A stretch of 64,000 nucleotides of DNA, taken from IMG/VR virus record IMGVR_UViG_3300037418_002332; one strand, written 5' to 3'. Made by a program: the position numbers and the translations under genes. The notes beneath the pieces are model-generated. The model was not told the DNA's origin. It ran no database searches and saw only the letters and a list, made by a program, of their open reading frames with translations. The DNA is from a virus. Taxonomy: Duplodnaviria; Caudoviricetes. Positions 1 to 10,442 of the stretch are shown here, in pieces (position 1 is the first letter of the stretch; each line of letters starts with the position of its first letter).

Positions 1-63
1 TCTGACAAAACCTGAAGCCAGAAAAATCATGAAAGCTCTGGCTAACACCGGAAAGAAGTCTAA

Positions 64-357
64 ATGAGACAGGATATTGTTTCAGCTTTTGCTGAGCGCT
101 TTCAGGTTGGTGTTGGCACCGCTGAAGAATTTCTCAAGATGGTGACAACCAAGGATGTCAACTTTTTGAAGGAACATCTTTGGAATATCACTATGCAAAA
201 TCGCTTGTATTACAAAGCTGGCCAACCTTTCTATGATAAGCAACCGAAGTTCAAAACTAGGGCTGCTATCGATAAGGCATATGCCAAGGCTGGTGAAGAA
301 TTCACGTATTCCGTTCTGATCTTTCTGGATGAACATGGATTGAAATTCGGAGCGTGA
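64..357 (+). CDS. hypothetical phage protein
   Basis: 97-aa ORF in a tightly packed + strand run. Confidence 0.6.
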   Translation: MRQDIVSAFAERFQVGVGTAEEFLKMVTTKDVNFLKEHLWNITMQNRLYYKAGQPFYDKQPKFKTRAAIDKAYAKAGEEFTYSVLIFLDEHGLKFGA

Positions 358-358
358 G

Positions 359-547
359 ATGCCACGTGTTGCCAAACATCTGGAGATTTCTGGTGATAAA
401 GCTCAATCCTATGAGCATCAGGCCAGTGTTTGGCTTTCAAAGGGCAATGAAGCTTTAGAAAAAGGCAAAAGGGAATTGGCTGAAAAATATTATGCCAAAT
501 CCCAGTATTGGTTGGATCGTGCTAACAAAGCAAGAGGTTGGTCATGA
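359..547 (+). CDS. hypothetical protein
   Basis: 62-aa ORF abutting neighbours. Confidence 0.55.
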   Translation: MPRVAKHLEISGDKAQSYEHQASVWLSKGNEALEKGKRELAEKYYAKSQYWLDRANKARGWS

Positions 548-824
548 AACGGAATGATGTTGTCACCTTGCCAGCTGATGGTGGACATTGGCTTCCGTAT
601 GGAAGAATCAATCGCAAAGTTGGTGATAAATTCGAAGTCATCTATTGCGATCGAAATGTTCGACTTCATGATCCATCCGAACTTGAAGTGATCATTTACA
701 AAGGTCGTTGGGATCGTCATTTCATTGCTGGTGAATGGTTTGAGTATTGGATGAAGATGCCAACCCTTCGCAAACTGAAACAAATGGCATCAGGTTACAA
801 TCCAAAGGTTTGGAAAAAGAATAG
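544..824 (+). CDS. hypothetical protein
   Basis: ATG at 544 overlaps upstream stop; ends just before next ATG. Confidence 0.5.
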
Positions 825-1097
825 ATGATAACAACCAATACTGAAGTTGAATTTTCCGCTCGAATTCTTGCGGCAGATAATGACGGAAATATCTATCTGT
901 ACATTGGAGACGATGATTGGTCAATTACTCCATATCAATGGGGAGACAGTTTCAATCAGGTCTGGTTTCAAAATTTAGACAAGGTTGACGAAGCAATTCA
1001 AAAATGTGGACATAAGCCAAGGCATCGTGTTCAGAAGAACTCTATCGAATACCTTTCAAGAACAATAACAACAATCACAAAGGTTATAACTCGATGA
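825..1097 (+). CDS. hypothetical protein
   Basis: coupled ORF. Confidence 0.55.
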   Translation: MITTNTEVEFSARILAADNDGNIYLYIGDDDWSITPYQWGDSFNQVWFQNLDKVDEAIQKCGHKPRHRVQKNSIEYLSRTITTITKVITR

Positions 1098-1357
1098 AGA
1101 TGAAATTTGACAGACTTTGGTTAGAAAGAATTCCAGAACGTGGTCGATTTTTCTGGAAGAAAAGATTTTTCAGCATTTGTTCAGTTCATTCCCGTTGGGA
1201 ACCAACCTGTAAAGTGTGTAAGCATGGAAGTTGGATGAATGTTTGGCAATGGCGCTTTGAAGGTGTCATTTTCAAGCTTTGGCCTAAACTCTGGATCAAA
1301 TGGGCGAACAGAAAGAATTCACATTATAAGAAATTTGGAAATAAGAAAATAGGATGA
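1094..1357 (+). CDS. hypothetical basic Trp-rich protein
   Basis: ATGA overlap; CxxC (CKVC). Confidence 0.5.
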   Translation: MKMKFDRLWLERIPERGRFFWKKRFFSICSVHSRWEPTCKVCKHGSWMNVWQWRFEGVIFKLWPKLWIKWANRKNSHYKKFGNKKIG

Positions 1358-1360
1358 GTT

Positions 1361-2374
1361 ATGTTACTGTCGAGAGACGATTTTCGTGAGGGAGTATTCC
1401 GCCGCGACAGATATCGGTGCGTTGTTTGTGGCAACGCTGCTGTTGATGCTCATCATATTTTTGAGCGCAGGCTTTTTCCCGATGGTGGGTATTATCTTGA
1501 TAACGGTGCTTCTGTTTGTGAAGATCATCATCTTGCTTGCGAAAGGACTGATATTTCTGTTGAAGAAATTCGTACTTACGCAGGAATAACCAAACGCATA
1601 ATTCCGCCTCAATTGTATGATGACCAAGTTTATGACAAATGGGGCAATCCCATTTTGTTGAACGGAACACGATTAATCGGTGAACTTTTCTTCGATGAAT
1701 CCGTCCAGAAAATTCTTGCTGGTCATCTTCATGAATTCAGTCATTATGTAAAGTACCCAAGAACGTATCATCTACCTTGGAGCGAAGGCATTCATAATGA
1801 TGATCGAATTATCCCTTCCATGGAAGTTCTTGAGAAATCAGAAGTGGTTGTGACTAAAAAGATGGATGGTGAAAATACCACCATGTACAGTGATCATATC
1901 CACGCGCGAAGCCTTGATTCACTCCATCATCCATCAAGAAATTGGGTGAAGAATTTCCATAATCAGATTGGTTATCTCATACCTGAACACTGGCGTGTCT
2001 GCGTGGAAAATCTTTACGCCAAGCATTCAATAGGCTATGATGACCTTCCTTCATATGCCCTTGGGTTCTCAGTTTGGAATGAACGCAACGTTTGTTTGAA
2101 TTGGGATGAAACACTTGAGTGGTTTGAGCTTCTTGGCATCACTCCAGTTGAAACTCTTTATCGAGGTCCATTTGATGCTGAGAAAATCAAGGCTCTGTGG
2201 AAAGATATGAGTTGGGAAAAGGATGAAGGCTACATTGTCCGAACTGTTTCTGAGTTTCCATTCTCAGACTTTCGTAAAAATGTAGCGAAATTCGTTCGCA
2301 AAGGTCATGTTCAAACAATCAAACATTGGATGCATGGTCAAGCAGTAACTCCAAACAAGCTATTGGATGAATAA
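1361..2374 (+). CDS. HNH-domain / ATP-dependent RNA ligase family fusion
   Basis: N-term RDRYRCVVC..DAHHI..NGASVCEDHH (HNH); C-term KYPRTYHLPWS, motif I KMDGENTT, EGYIVR, KFVR. Confidence 0.8.
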   Translation: MLLSRDDFREGVFRRDRYRCVVCGNAAVDAHHIFERRLFPDGGYYLDNGASVCEDHHLACERTDISVEEIRTYAGITKRIIPPQLYDDQVYDKWGNPILLNGTRLIGELFFDESVQKILAGHLHEFSHYVKYPRTYHLPWSEGIHNDDRIIPSMEVLEKSEVVVTKKMDGENTTMYSDHIHARSLDSLHHPSRNWVKNFHNQIGYLIPEHWRVCVENLYAKHSIGYDDLPSYALGFSVWNERNVCLNWDETLEWFELLGITPVETLYRGPFDAEKIKALWKDMSWEKDEGYIVRTVSEFPFSDFRKNVAKFVRKGHVQTIKHWMHGQAVTPNKLLDE

Positions 2375-2379
2375 AACAG

Positions 2380-2416
2380 AAATCCTCTCTTACTAAATAC
2401 TGTAAAGAGAGGATTT
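2380..2416 (+). promoter_or_regulatory. late-promoter core TAAATA in the loop of an SD-sequestering hairpin
   Basis: AAATCCTCTCTTAC / GTAAAGAGAGGATTT arms flank TAAATA (2394-2399); right arm holds GAGG SD of ATG 2420. Confidence 0.7.
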
Positions 2417-2419
2417 CTT

Positions 2420-3253
2420 ATGACACAAACCAATAACATCACCGCCAATACAACTTACCAAAAAATTGCTGACGGTCCATTGGATATCGTTTTGAATCCA
2501 GTGACAGGTGTCACATATTTGGTTATCAAAACCACAGCTGGTACACCATCATCAAATTATGCTAACACCTTTGTAATGAAATCAGGTGTTGTTGATGGTG
2601 GTCTGAATCCAATGACCATTGCGAATGGTTCTTCAGTTTACGTTCGTTCAGCTGGTTCAAGCTCAGTTCTCAATTACGTAACAACCACTTCATCCGGTGG
2701 TGGCGGCGGAACTGTAAGCATTCCTAATCCTCTTCCAGTATCTGCTTCAAGTGCACTTCCAATTACAACTCCTGGTTCCGGAGTTGCTACAGCAACTTTC
2801 ACTCGCCCAGCCGATACAAACATCTATGCTATCGGTGATTTGATTGCAAACAGCGTCACTGCTGGTTCAGTCACACCAATGACTTTGGCTGTTTCCCGTG
2901 CAAATGATACCACTGGTATGTTGCGTAAAGTTCGAGTCAAAACAAATGATACTGCTTGGGCAAGCAAAAACGTTCGTGTTCACTTCTACAAAAATTCACC
3001 AACTGTAACAAACGGCGACAATGGTGCATGGCTTTCAACCGAAAGTGAATATCTTGGTTATTCTGATATTCTTTTGGATAGACATTTCTCTGATTTTGAA
3101 AAAGGTTTTGGTGTAGCATCAGTTGGTTCAGAATTTATTTTTGCGCCAAGCTCAGGCACTCAAAATATCTTTGCTCTTCTTGAAGCACGTGATGCTGTAA
3201 CACCGGGTTCTGGTAAGACATGGACAGTAACAGTTGAGGTCATCAAAGACTAA
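2420..3253 (+). CDS. probable virion structural protein
   Basis: S/T/G-rich beta-type protein, FTRPADT..YAIGD segment, late promoter upstream. Confidence 0.6.
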   Translation: MTQTNNITANTTYQKIADGPLDIVLNPVTGVTYLVIKTTAGTPSSNYANTFVMKSGVVDGGLNPMTIANGSSVYVRSAGSSSVLNYVTTTSSGGGGGTVSIPNPLPVSASSALPITTPGSGVATATFTRPADTNIYAIGDLIANSVTAGSVTPMTLAVSRANDTTGMLRKVRVKTNDTAWASKNVRVHFYKNSPTVTNGDNGAWLSTESEYLGYSDILLDRHFSDFEKGFGVASVGSEFIFAPSSGTQNIFALLEARDAVTPGSGKTWTVTVEVIKD

Positions 3254-4440
3254 TGCTTAGAGCATCACCTGCAACTCTTAATCAATCAACCAATCCATTC
3301 GCAAGAATGGCGATCGATATGGACTTTGTTAACAATGTCTATCGTGGTGGATCACAGCCTTACGGTAACAACAGCAATGATGGCAGATTGTTTCGTGATC
3401 CATCAAACATCAGTGCAACATACTGTCCTGATGCAACTGGCAAATTAGTTTTACAAGCTGCTGCTGGTCTTCGTCGCACATCTAAAGGTGTGTTTTCATA
3501 CATGTCAAGCACCAATGGCTTGTTGTGGAATCGTGATCTCAATGGCGGCATTGCTGGAGCAACATGGGTAGCGTCAAATATGACTGCTGCAAAGTCTCAA
3601 GTTGGCGCGGATGCAGCAGCTAACCAAGCGACACTTCTCACTGCTACAGCTGCCAATGGAACAATTCAACAGACTGTGGCAGGTAACGTCCAGCGTGTGT
3701 TTTCCCTCGATATCAAGCGAGTGACTGGTACTGGTGGTGTATTTTTATCACTTGATGGTGGAACTACTGAAACTGACATTTCCAGCTTAATCACCACATC
3801 ATATTCCCAACAATATATCACTCAGCTGATGTCAGCAGGTTCAACTTGTCGAATTCGTCTGGCAACCTCAGGTGATCAAGTTGCAGTTGACTTTCTACAA
3901 CTTTGTACGCCAACAATATCTGGGTTGAATATCCCAACTCAACAAAGATATGCAACAACCACCGCAACTCTGATCAATTCACAATGCCGTCCAAACGTTT
4001 TCAACACTGATGCTGGACCAATCTACGGAATCACACGTGGAGCATTTGGTTTCTATTGGCAAGGACGTTCTGAGAGACCAACTGGTGGTTATGTTATCAC
4101 ATCAGACGGTGGAATCTTCTGTAACACAACAGGCACTGGTGCGTTAACTTTTTCATTGAATCCAGGAGCTTCTACGACTGCTGCTGGTGTTTGGAGAACT
4201 GGTCTATCACAACTGAATAAAGTTGCTGGATTTGTCACCCCAAATGGTTTGATTAAGGTTGCATGTAATGGTGTTCTTGGTAATCTTGGAACAAATGCTG
4301 TACTAGATTCAGTATATACCCACTGGGACCTTGGAACAAATGGTGCAGGTAATAATACTATTATGGGCATCACTGAACGATTTTGCATTGGTAAAGAAGT
4401 CAGATTTACTGATGCTGAACTTCTAGCAATGACCACCTAA
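3253..4440 (+). CDS. probable tail fibre / receptor-binding or other virion protein
   Basis: G/T/A-rich, coupled to upstream late gene, lectin-like C-terminus ending FTDAELLAMTT. Confidence 0.55.
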   Translation: MLRASPATLNQSTNPFARMAIDMDFVNNVYRGGSQPYGNNSNDGRLFRDPSNISATYCPDATGKLVLQAAAGLRRTSKGVFSYMSSTNGLLWNRDLNGGIAGATWVASNMTAAKSQVGADAAANQATLLTATAANGTIQQTVAGNVQRVFSLDIKRVTGTGGVFLSLDGGTTETDISSLITTSYSQQYITQLMSAGSTCRIRLATSGDQVAVDFLQLCTPTISGLNIPTQQRYATTTATLINSQCRPNVFNTDAGPIYGITRGAFGFYWQGRSERPTGGYVITSDGGIFCNTTGTGALTFSLNPGASTTAAGVWRTGLSQLNKVAGFVTPNGLIKVACNGVLGNLGTNAVLDSVYTHWDLGTNGAGNNTIMGITERFCIGKEVRFTDAELLAMTT

Positions 4441-4458
4441 AAATAATTCACTTTAAAA

Positions 4459-4506
4459 TCAAGGGTTTACAATTTTCATAGAAGAAATAATTTTGTAGAC
4501 CCTTGA
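4459..4506. repeat. 14-bp inverted repeat in 300-bp intergenic region
   Basis: TCAAGGGTTTACAA (4459-4472) / TTGTAGACCCTTGA (4493-4506). Confidence 0.7.
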
Positions 4507-4698
4507 CAAACATCTAAAAATCAGCAATAAAATAATTCCTCGCGTGCGCGTTAACTTTTGAGGCATGAAATGCCGAAAAATGTTAAGCAACAAGTCCTTA
4601 ACAAGTCCCGTTAACTGATTCTCGCTGACTGCCTATTGATTCCGTTAACTCCCCTGCGTCCCTGAGGTTCGTATAGGGAAGAACATTCAAAATAATGC

Positions 4699-4726
4699 TT
4701 TACTTTCAAAAATTTTGGTTTATAAT
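4699..4726 (+). promoter_or_regulatory. early sigma70-type promoter
   Basis: TTTACT-N16-TATAAT, 22 nt before cca ATG. Confidence 0.75.
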
Positions 4727-4748
4727 GAATGAAATTGAGGATTGATTT

Positions 4749-5804
4749 ATGATGCGTAAAGCTTTTGAGCTGATGAAAATTATGAACGACGCAGGTCGCG
4801 AAACCCGAATTGCTGGTGGTGCGGTCCGTGATACGGTCATGAGACAAAATCCAAAAGACATCGATCTGGCAACTGTCGCCAAGCCCGAAGAGGTTCGGGA
4901 AATCTTCACTAAACTGGGTCACTCAGTTATTGATACTGGGCTGCAACATGGTACTGTTACCGTGGTGATTGATCACATTCCATATGAAGTGACAACTCTG
5001 CGGGTTGATTCAAACCAGGATGGCCGTCATGCTGATGTGACTTTCACTGATAGTTTTGAGGAAGATGCAAAGCGTCGTGACTTCACGATGAATGCTATGT
5101 ACATGGATTACAATGGAGATATCCATGACTTCCATGAAGGGAAGCGTCATATTAATCAACAGATGATTTATTTTGTTGGTGATCCTGAACAACGTATCAA
5201 GGAAGATTATCTGCGCATCCTGCGTTATTTCAGGTTCATGGCTCGATTTAGATTTGGTCATGACTATAATGCGATGTATGCAATGGGTGATTTGCGTATG
5301 GGTCTGCATAAAATCTCCCATGAACGTATCTACTCAGAAATCATGAAGACTGCGCAAGTTAATGACACGCAAGTGTTCTATCTGATGAATAATTCATGCA
5401 TCAGTGAAGTTGTCTTCAATAAGAATCTGAAAACGGAAGAAACAACCCATACGAAACCCGAAATCACTCTGTTCATGAAGGGTATCGGTTCTAATTGGTT
5501 CCGTGAATTCAAGGCTCCTGCTGATGTGATCAAAACGATTGAATGGCATGAAAAGTTTCAGCCTTCCAATTTCAATTTTGATCTGTTCAAAAACGGTGCA
5601 GAACGTATGCGTGAATGGTGTTTCATCAATAATGTTCCTTGGGGTTCCAAGTTTGCTGAGGCACCGAAGTTTCCGCTGACTGGTCACGATTTTCCTCACC
5701 TGAAAGGCAAGGCAATTGGTGACAAACTGAAAGAACTGCAAAAGGTATGGGCTGAAAATAACTTCGAGCCCACGAAACAAGAACTGCTGAAGGAGAATGG
5801 TTAA
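4749..5804 (+). CDS. cca: CCA-adding tRNA nucleotidyltransferase (class II)
   Basis: GGAVRD, DIDLAT, EVTTLR, EDAKRRDFTMNAM, EDYLRILRYFRF. Confidence 0.9.
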   Translation: MMRKAFELMKIMNDAGRETRIAGGAVRDTVMRQNPKDIDLATVAKPEEVREIFTKLGHSVIDTGLQHGTVTVVIDHIPYEVTTLRVDSNQDGRHADVTFTDSFEEDAKRRDFTMNAMYMDYNGDIHDFHEGKRHINQQMIYFVGDPEQRIKEDYLRILRYFRFMARFRFGHDYNAMYAMGDLRMGLHKISHERIYSEIMKTAQVNDTQVFYLMNNSCISEVVFNKNLKTEETTHTKPEITLFMKGIGSNWFREFKAPADVIKTIEWHEKFQPSNFNFDLFKNGAERMREWCFINNVPWGSKFAEAPKFPLTGHDFPHLKGKAIGDKLKELQKVWAENNFEPTKQELLKENG

Positions 5805-6382
5805 TGAATTTAGGTGAAGTATTTGGGATAGCTTTTCTGCTATCCGGTGGTTGGTTCTGGTTTGTTTTGCTGGCGGAAGTTTTCTTCCTCAGCATTTCAT
5901 GCTGGAAGGGAAATGGTTTTACATGGTTGGTGACTGTGGCTTTGGCTGCATTGTTTATCGGATTTTCCGATCTCAGCGCGCCATTCGTTTGGGTATCTGA
6001 ACATCCATATGAAACCGCATCAGTGATTGTTGGATATATTGGCATTGGTGCCGTCTATTCAATTGCCAAGTGGTGGCTATTCATTCGTGAGGATCGCAAT
6101 ATTCAAACACGCAAGAATGATTACGAAACTTACAAAAAGTGGGCACAATCTGGTCCAACTGCCGATCGCACCATTCCAACGTTTGATGATTTCTTTGCAT
6201 CTTCTTGGAACACCTTGACTCCAAGTCGTTACAAATCAACTATCATGGCTTGGATGGTTGTATGGCCTTTGTCTGGTGCTTGGACTTTGACTCACGATAT
6301 TTTCGAAAATATCTATGCGTCATTGGTGAAAATTTACACCAATATCTCAAGTCGTCACGCTCAATCTATTTTGAAAGATTAA
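5804..6382 (+). CDS. multi-pass membrane protein
   Basis: several hydrophobic helices. Confidence 0.7.
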   Translation: MNLGEVFGIAFLLSGGWFWFVLLAEVFFLSISCWKGNGFTWLVTVALAALFIGFSDLSAPFVWVSEHPYETASVIVGYIGIGAVYSIAKWWLFIREDRNIQTRKNDYETYKKWAQSGPTADRTIPTFDDFFASSWNTLTPSRYKSTIMAWMVVWPLSGAWTLTHDIFENIYASLVKIYTNISSRHAQSILKD

Positions 6383-6984
6383 TGACAATGCTTGTATCAT
6401 CAAATAAGAAATTTGACAAGTGGGGTGAATATTTTTACCTTGGAGCAGCAGCGGAATATGTTTTCCCTCTTGTCAAAAATTTCGATTCAACGAAGTTTCA
6501 AGCTGATCAGTTAAAGAGACTGAAGGCTATGAAACATCTTGTTCCTATTTCACAGTACGGAATTGGTGAATACAGGCGTTACAACACCGATCAAATTCTT
6601 GATCTTCTGCTGTTTACCAAGGAAGATAAAGATATTCTCGATATGAAAATTGAGGATTTACACTTCAAAAAGGAAGTGAACGTCATAGTTCCATATTACG
6701 TTGCTACAAATGATCTCAAGAAGCATCTAAAACTGATTGATCCAAAATTGGAACTTGATGAGCCAAAGGTTTGGGACTTTTGGCATGATGACCACAAATT
6801 TGATTTTAACACTGCCTTGAATTTGCCACGTCATCTAGGCAATTATGATCGAGGCATGATGGGAACAGGTTACACAGATTTCACCAATCCATCTGATGGT
6901 TCTTCAAGTCTTGAACCTGCGGCCATTGAAATGGGCACCGGAGAATTTCTAATTTGCCTTGTTTGGGAGTGGTACAACAAATGA
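6382..6984 (+). CDS. hypothetical protein
   Basis: start moved to ATG 6382, which overlaps the upstream TAA. Confidence 0.6.
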   Translation: MTMLVSSNKKFDKWGEYFYLGAAAEYVFPLVKNFDSTKFQADQLKRLKAMKHLVPISQYGIGEYRRYNTDQILDLLLFTKEDKDILDMKIEDLHFKKEVNVIVPYYVATNDLKKHLKLIDPKLELDEPKVWDFWHDDHKFDFNTALNLPRHLGNYDRGMMGTGYTDFTNPSDGSSSLEPAAIEMGTGEFLICLVWEWYNK

Positions 6985-7214
6985 TACTTACTAATGAAGC
7001 TAAGATTGTTTTGATCGTTGTAACTGGAATTGTATTGATTGCTTTTGCAATCGCAGCCGACTCAATTTTGACTGGGATTTACGCACCAAGCAATCCGGTC
7101 GCTGGAACATTGAGTTTGATTGACCGGTGCGTTGGGTCAAACAGTTCCAACAATCTCCAATGCACCCAAATTGTTTTGAACGCTATGAAGGATGGTGAAC
7201 ATGTTCAACATTAA
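6981..7214 (+). CDS. small membrane protein
   Basis: N-terminal TM helix. Confidence 0.55.
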   Translation: MILTNEAKIVLIVVTGIVLIAFAIAADSILTGIYAPSNPVAGTLSLIDRCVGSNSSNNLQCTQIVLNAMKDGEHVQH

Positions 7215-7770
7215 TAATCTGAAAGACATTGCCAATTTCATTCCAAATTTCCTTTGGACTCATATCTATGAAACTCTTTTCATATCTGAAAAAGATAAGA
7301 TCATCAAGTTGATTAACGAAGGCAAGGCTGTCGAAATCATGTCGTTGAAAATGCGACTTGAAACAGTATCCATTGTTGCAATTTATCGTGGAACACAACC
7401 AACCATCTATTTGACTTTCCCTGATGACAAGGCTCATGCTGCTTTGAAATCCCACTATGATTCTGAAAAGGCAAAGGCGCGTCGTTTGGCAGCGAAGGCT
7501 GATTTCCGCAAATCAAAGGAATTCAAGGAGTGGGCAAAGCACTTCATCATTGCTGGCGATATTCTTCAATTCACTGGCACCAAATCATACAGCCTTCGTC
7601 GCGTTATAAAGGTTGACGGTAGCAATGTTTATGGTCAACAGCTCGACAATAATTTCCGTGAAGTTGGTCAAACTACCAGCAACGGTGTTGACAAGATTTC
7701 CAAAATACGAAACAGCACCAGTGGCGAACTTGAACCAATTCGTAAAGTTTATGAGGCATGTGTAAAATGA
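7192..7770 (+). CDS. hypothetical protein
   Basis: 192-aa ORF. Confidence 0.6.
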   Translation: MVNMFNINNLKDIANFIPNFLWTHIYETLFISEKDKIIKLINEGKAVEIMSLKMRLETVSIVAIYRGTQPTIYLTFPDDKAHAALKSHYDSEKAKARRLAAKADFRKSKEFKEWAKHFIIAGDILQFTGTKSYSLRRVIKVDGSNVYGQQLDNNFREVGQTTSNGVDKISKIRNSTSGELEPIRKVYEACVK

Positions 7771-8069
7771 AACTGAATGACATTCCTAGTGATCATCATT
7801 ATGCTGTTATCAGCACTTCAACTTCATATGTTCACCATGAAGGTGATGAACGTAGCAGAACAAATCCAGGTCATGGATATCCTGCTTACACTGAGACCAT
7901 CACCAGTTTGAATTATGAAATTTTCAAAACAAAATCTGAACTTGAAGCTTGGTTGGTAAGACACACCAATGATCTATCTAAATACAAAGTATTGAGTGTT
8001 TCGCCACTTGACGTTAAAGTGACGGTGAGTGCGATAACGAAACCGGCAACGAGAAGCATGGAGACATAA
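7767..8069 (+). CDS. hypothetical protein
   Basis: coupled ORF. Confidence 0.55.
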   Translation: MKLNDIPSDHHYAVISTSTSYVHHEGDERSRTNPGHGYPAYTETITSLNYEIFKTKSELEAWLVRHTNDLSKYKVLSVSPLDVKVTVSAITKPATRSMET

Positions 8070-9407
8070 TTGGTAAAGCAAATATTCCTCAAAGGTAAAA
8101 AAGCAAATGAGGGATTTCTAGGAACTTTTCTTGATAATGATGCGTATGATGTTTTGCTGACCGAAGACGCTGATGTTTACAAGACAGATGCGTTTGGCGA
8201 AGATACCAGCGATAACAATGTTCTACTGAAATTTCGCAAGGGAGTTTTCTCAAAGGAACTCCGAGACGCAGCGTATAAAGGGTTGAAGGATGGCGCAACC
8301 ACATCACATAATCGTGGTATTGCTACTGGTCCAATTGAAGGCGATATTCAACGTCAATCCCCTGATTCAAAAAATGGTCGTGAATGGGTAACTGATTTTC
8401 AGTTTGAAATTTTGAATTTTTTCATTCAACCATCAGTTCTTTCATTGATGGGTGAAGATGAAAAATTGACCCTTGAAAAACTCATTGAAAAATTCAAGGG
8501 CAAGGAAAAAGAAGTTACATCTTTGCGTGGTCACGTATGGTTGACTGAAAAGATCGAACGCAATGAATTCAACTTCATGAACTGGGCACACGAAACTGCA
8601 AAGTTGCCTAAGACTGATCAAATGGAAGAAGCAAGAATTGTGTCTGAGGAATATATTTCTTCAACCAATTATGCAAATCCAGTTTTCAGTGGTGTAGGAG
8701 GTTTTTATGACAGATACCCAAGAATTCCTTATTGTAGAGCAACTGCCTACACAGCAAACAACAAAGAAAAATTTGAAATGTCTGTTCCATTCATTGAAGA
8801 TATTTCAGGATGGTTCCAAAAGTTGTTACCAACCAGATGGGCAGCTCAGAAAAAAGAAATCGTAAAGATTGATCCTGAGTACCATATTGGCAAATCAGTT
8901 TACACGACAATCACAATTAACAAAAATTTCCGTACTGCTTGTCACCGTGATGCTGGCGATTTGGAAGCTGGTTTCGGAAATCTGACGGCATTGTCTGACG
9001 ATCGTGAGTGGTCAGGTGGTTATCTTTGCTTCCCTGAATATCGTGTTGCAGTTGACATTCGACCTGGTGACGTTTTGTTGATGGACGTTCATGAAATTCA
9101 CGGCAACACCCCAATCTCAAAATTGAATGGTGATGCGCCTGAACGAATTTCAATCGTTTGTTATTTTCGTGAAAAAATGAATGGTTGCTCAGCAAAGTCC
9201 TATGAAGATTATCGTGAGAAGTTTGTCATGTGGAATAAGACTGACAAAAATTGCCCAAGCTGGAGAGAAAACTTCAATGGTGTCTATCCAGACATGTGGA
9301 AAAGCGAACGTTGGTACGATTACCTCAGAGCCAATCTTGGTGAGGACTCATTGAAACAATATCACCCTGAGGCATTCACTTCTGATTTGGCCGATTTCTT
9401 TAATTAG
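8070..9407 (+). CDS. TET/JBP-family 2-oxoglutarate/Fe(II) dioxygenase
   Basis: TITINKNFRTACHRDAGD (HxD), RPGDVLLMDVHEIHGNT (H), RISIVCYFRE (2OG Arg). Confidence 0.85.
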   Translation: MVKQIFLKGKKANEGFLGTFLDNDAYDVLLTEDADVYKTDAFGEDTSDNNVLLKFRKGVFSKELRDAAYKGLKDGATTSHNRGIATGPIEGDIQRQSPDSKNGREWVTDFQFEILNFFIQPSVLSLMGEDEKLTLEKLIEKFKGKEKEVTSLRGHVWLTEKIERNEFNFMNWAHETAKLPKTDQMEEARIVSEEYISSTNYANPVFSGVGGFYDRYPRIPYCRATAYTANNKEKFEMSVPFIEDISGWFQKLLPTRWAAQKKEIVKIDPEYHIGKSVYTTITINKNFRTACHRDAGDLEAGFGNLTALSDDREWSGGYLCFPEYRVAVDIRPGDVLLMDVHEIHGNTPISKLNGDAPERISIVCYFREKMNGCSAKSYEDYREKFVMWNKTDKNCPSWRENFNGVYPDMWKSERWYDYLRANLGEDSLKQYHPEAFTSDLADFFN

Positions 9408-9420
9408 AGTATATGCGAAA

Positions 9421-9615
9421 ATGACGAAATTAATTGTTGTGTTAGTGATGGCTTTTTGTAATGCTGGTGGTGGATATCGGTGTGAATATAAAATCACACC
9501 GGTTGAAACTTGGGACCAGTGCATTCAAGCAAGTCAAAATGCTAGAATAACTTTTGGTGCAAAGGATGCATCTATGGCAATTTATTGTTCCTATATGAAC
9601 CCAAACGATCTCTAA
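9421..9615 (+). CDS. small secreted/Cys-containing protein
   Basis: signal-like N-terminus, several Cys. Confidence 0.5.
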   Translation: MTKLIVVLVMAFCNAGGGYRCEYKITPVETWDQCIQASQNARITFGAKDASMAIYCSYMNPNDL

Positions 9616-9628
9616 AAATCTTTCAAAT

Positions 9629-9684
9629 AATTCTTCTGCCAAAGGAAGAATTCGCTTTACTCCATCCAGTCAATAAGCTATAAT
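9629..9684 (+). promoter_or_regulatory. early promoter with upstream dyad
   Basis: AATTCTTC-N8-GAAGAATT-cgc-TTTACT-N17-TATAAT. Confidence 0.75.
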
Positions 9685-9699
9685 GTTTATAGTGATTGG

Positions 9700-9912
9700 A
9701 TGGAGACTTCCGTGAGAAAGAGAACTCTTAAGACCTACAACGTTCGCTTCTTCCTCCAGTATCAGGGCGGAGGCAAGTCAGGTTCGGAATTCTTCGAAGT
9801 TGTAGCCTTCACTGCTGGTGAAGCAATCAACAAAGTTAAGAAGCAGGCTCGTGACGAAGTCTGGTATGACCGTCACGATGGTTCGGCTCAGTTTTCGGCT
9901 GTGAGGCTCTGA
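9700..9912 (+). CDS. hypothetical protein
   Basis: first ORF after promoter; true start uncertain. Confidence 0.5.
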   Translation: METSVRKRTLKTYNVRFFLQYQGGGKSGSEFFEVVAFTAGEAINKVKKQARDEVWYDRHDGSAQFSAVRL

Positions 9913-10112
9913 TGGTCGTTGGAATGGATCATGAAAAGAAAATCGGTGACAAGTATTGGCATCCGACATTACATTGGGGTGAAGTGACCAACGTGGTCTA
10001 TTATCCTGATGGTGATTTCCACTTCTATGTTGTGAAGTTTGATGAAAACTTCGTTGAATGCATGGAAGAGGATATGGAAGAAGACGCTGAGGCAAAACGG
10101 AGAATGCGCTGA
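9912..10112 (+). CDS. hypothetical protein
   Basis: coupled ORF. Confidence 0.5.
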   Translation: MVVGMDHEKKIGDKYWHPTLHWGEVTNVVYYPDGDFHFYVVKFDENFVECMEEDMEEDAEAKRRMR

Positions 10113-10442
10113 TGTCTCTTGAAGCACAAACCAGAGCATACAATGAATATTCTCGTTTGATGGATGCTTCCAAGAAGGCATATGATGTTGGGAATATGCG
10201 CAAATATTACAAGCTTATTGATGAAGCTGAAGATGCCTTTGATTATTATCAGGATATTCAGCGCCCTTGGGAGGACTGAATGAACGACAAAGCATTTATT
10301 TTGCTCTATGTGATAGGCGTTTTGATTTTCGTCATTGGTATCACTCTGGAGTTGACCGCATGGTACCATTGCGGTTTCAGCGGTTGGATTTACGGGCGAA
10401 ACATTTTCTGGGCCTATTGGCTTGGTTATTGCGGAGGGTGAT

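Noticed and set aside
4583-4615. TTAA repeats as CtrA boxes
   Set aside because: Spacings are 11 and 9 nt, not TTAA-N7-TTAA
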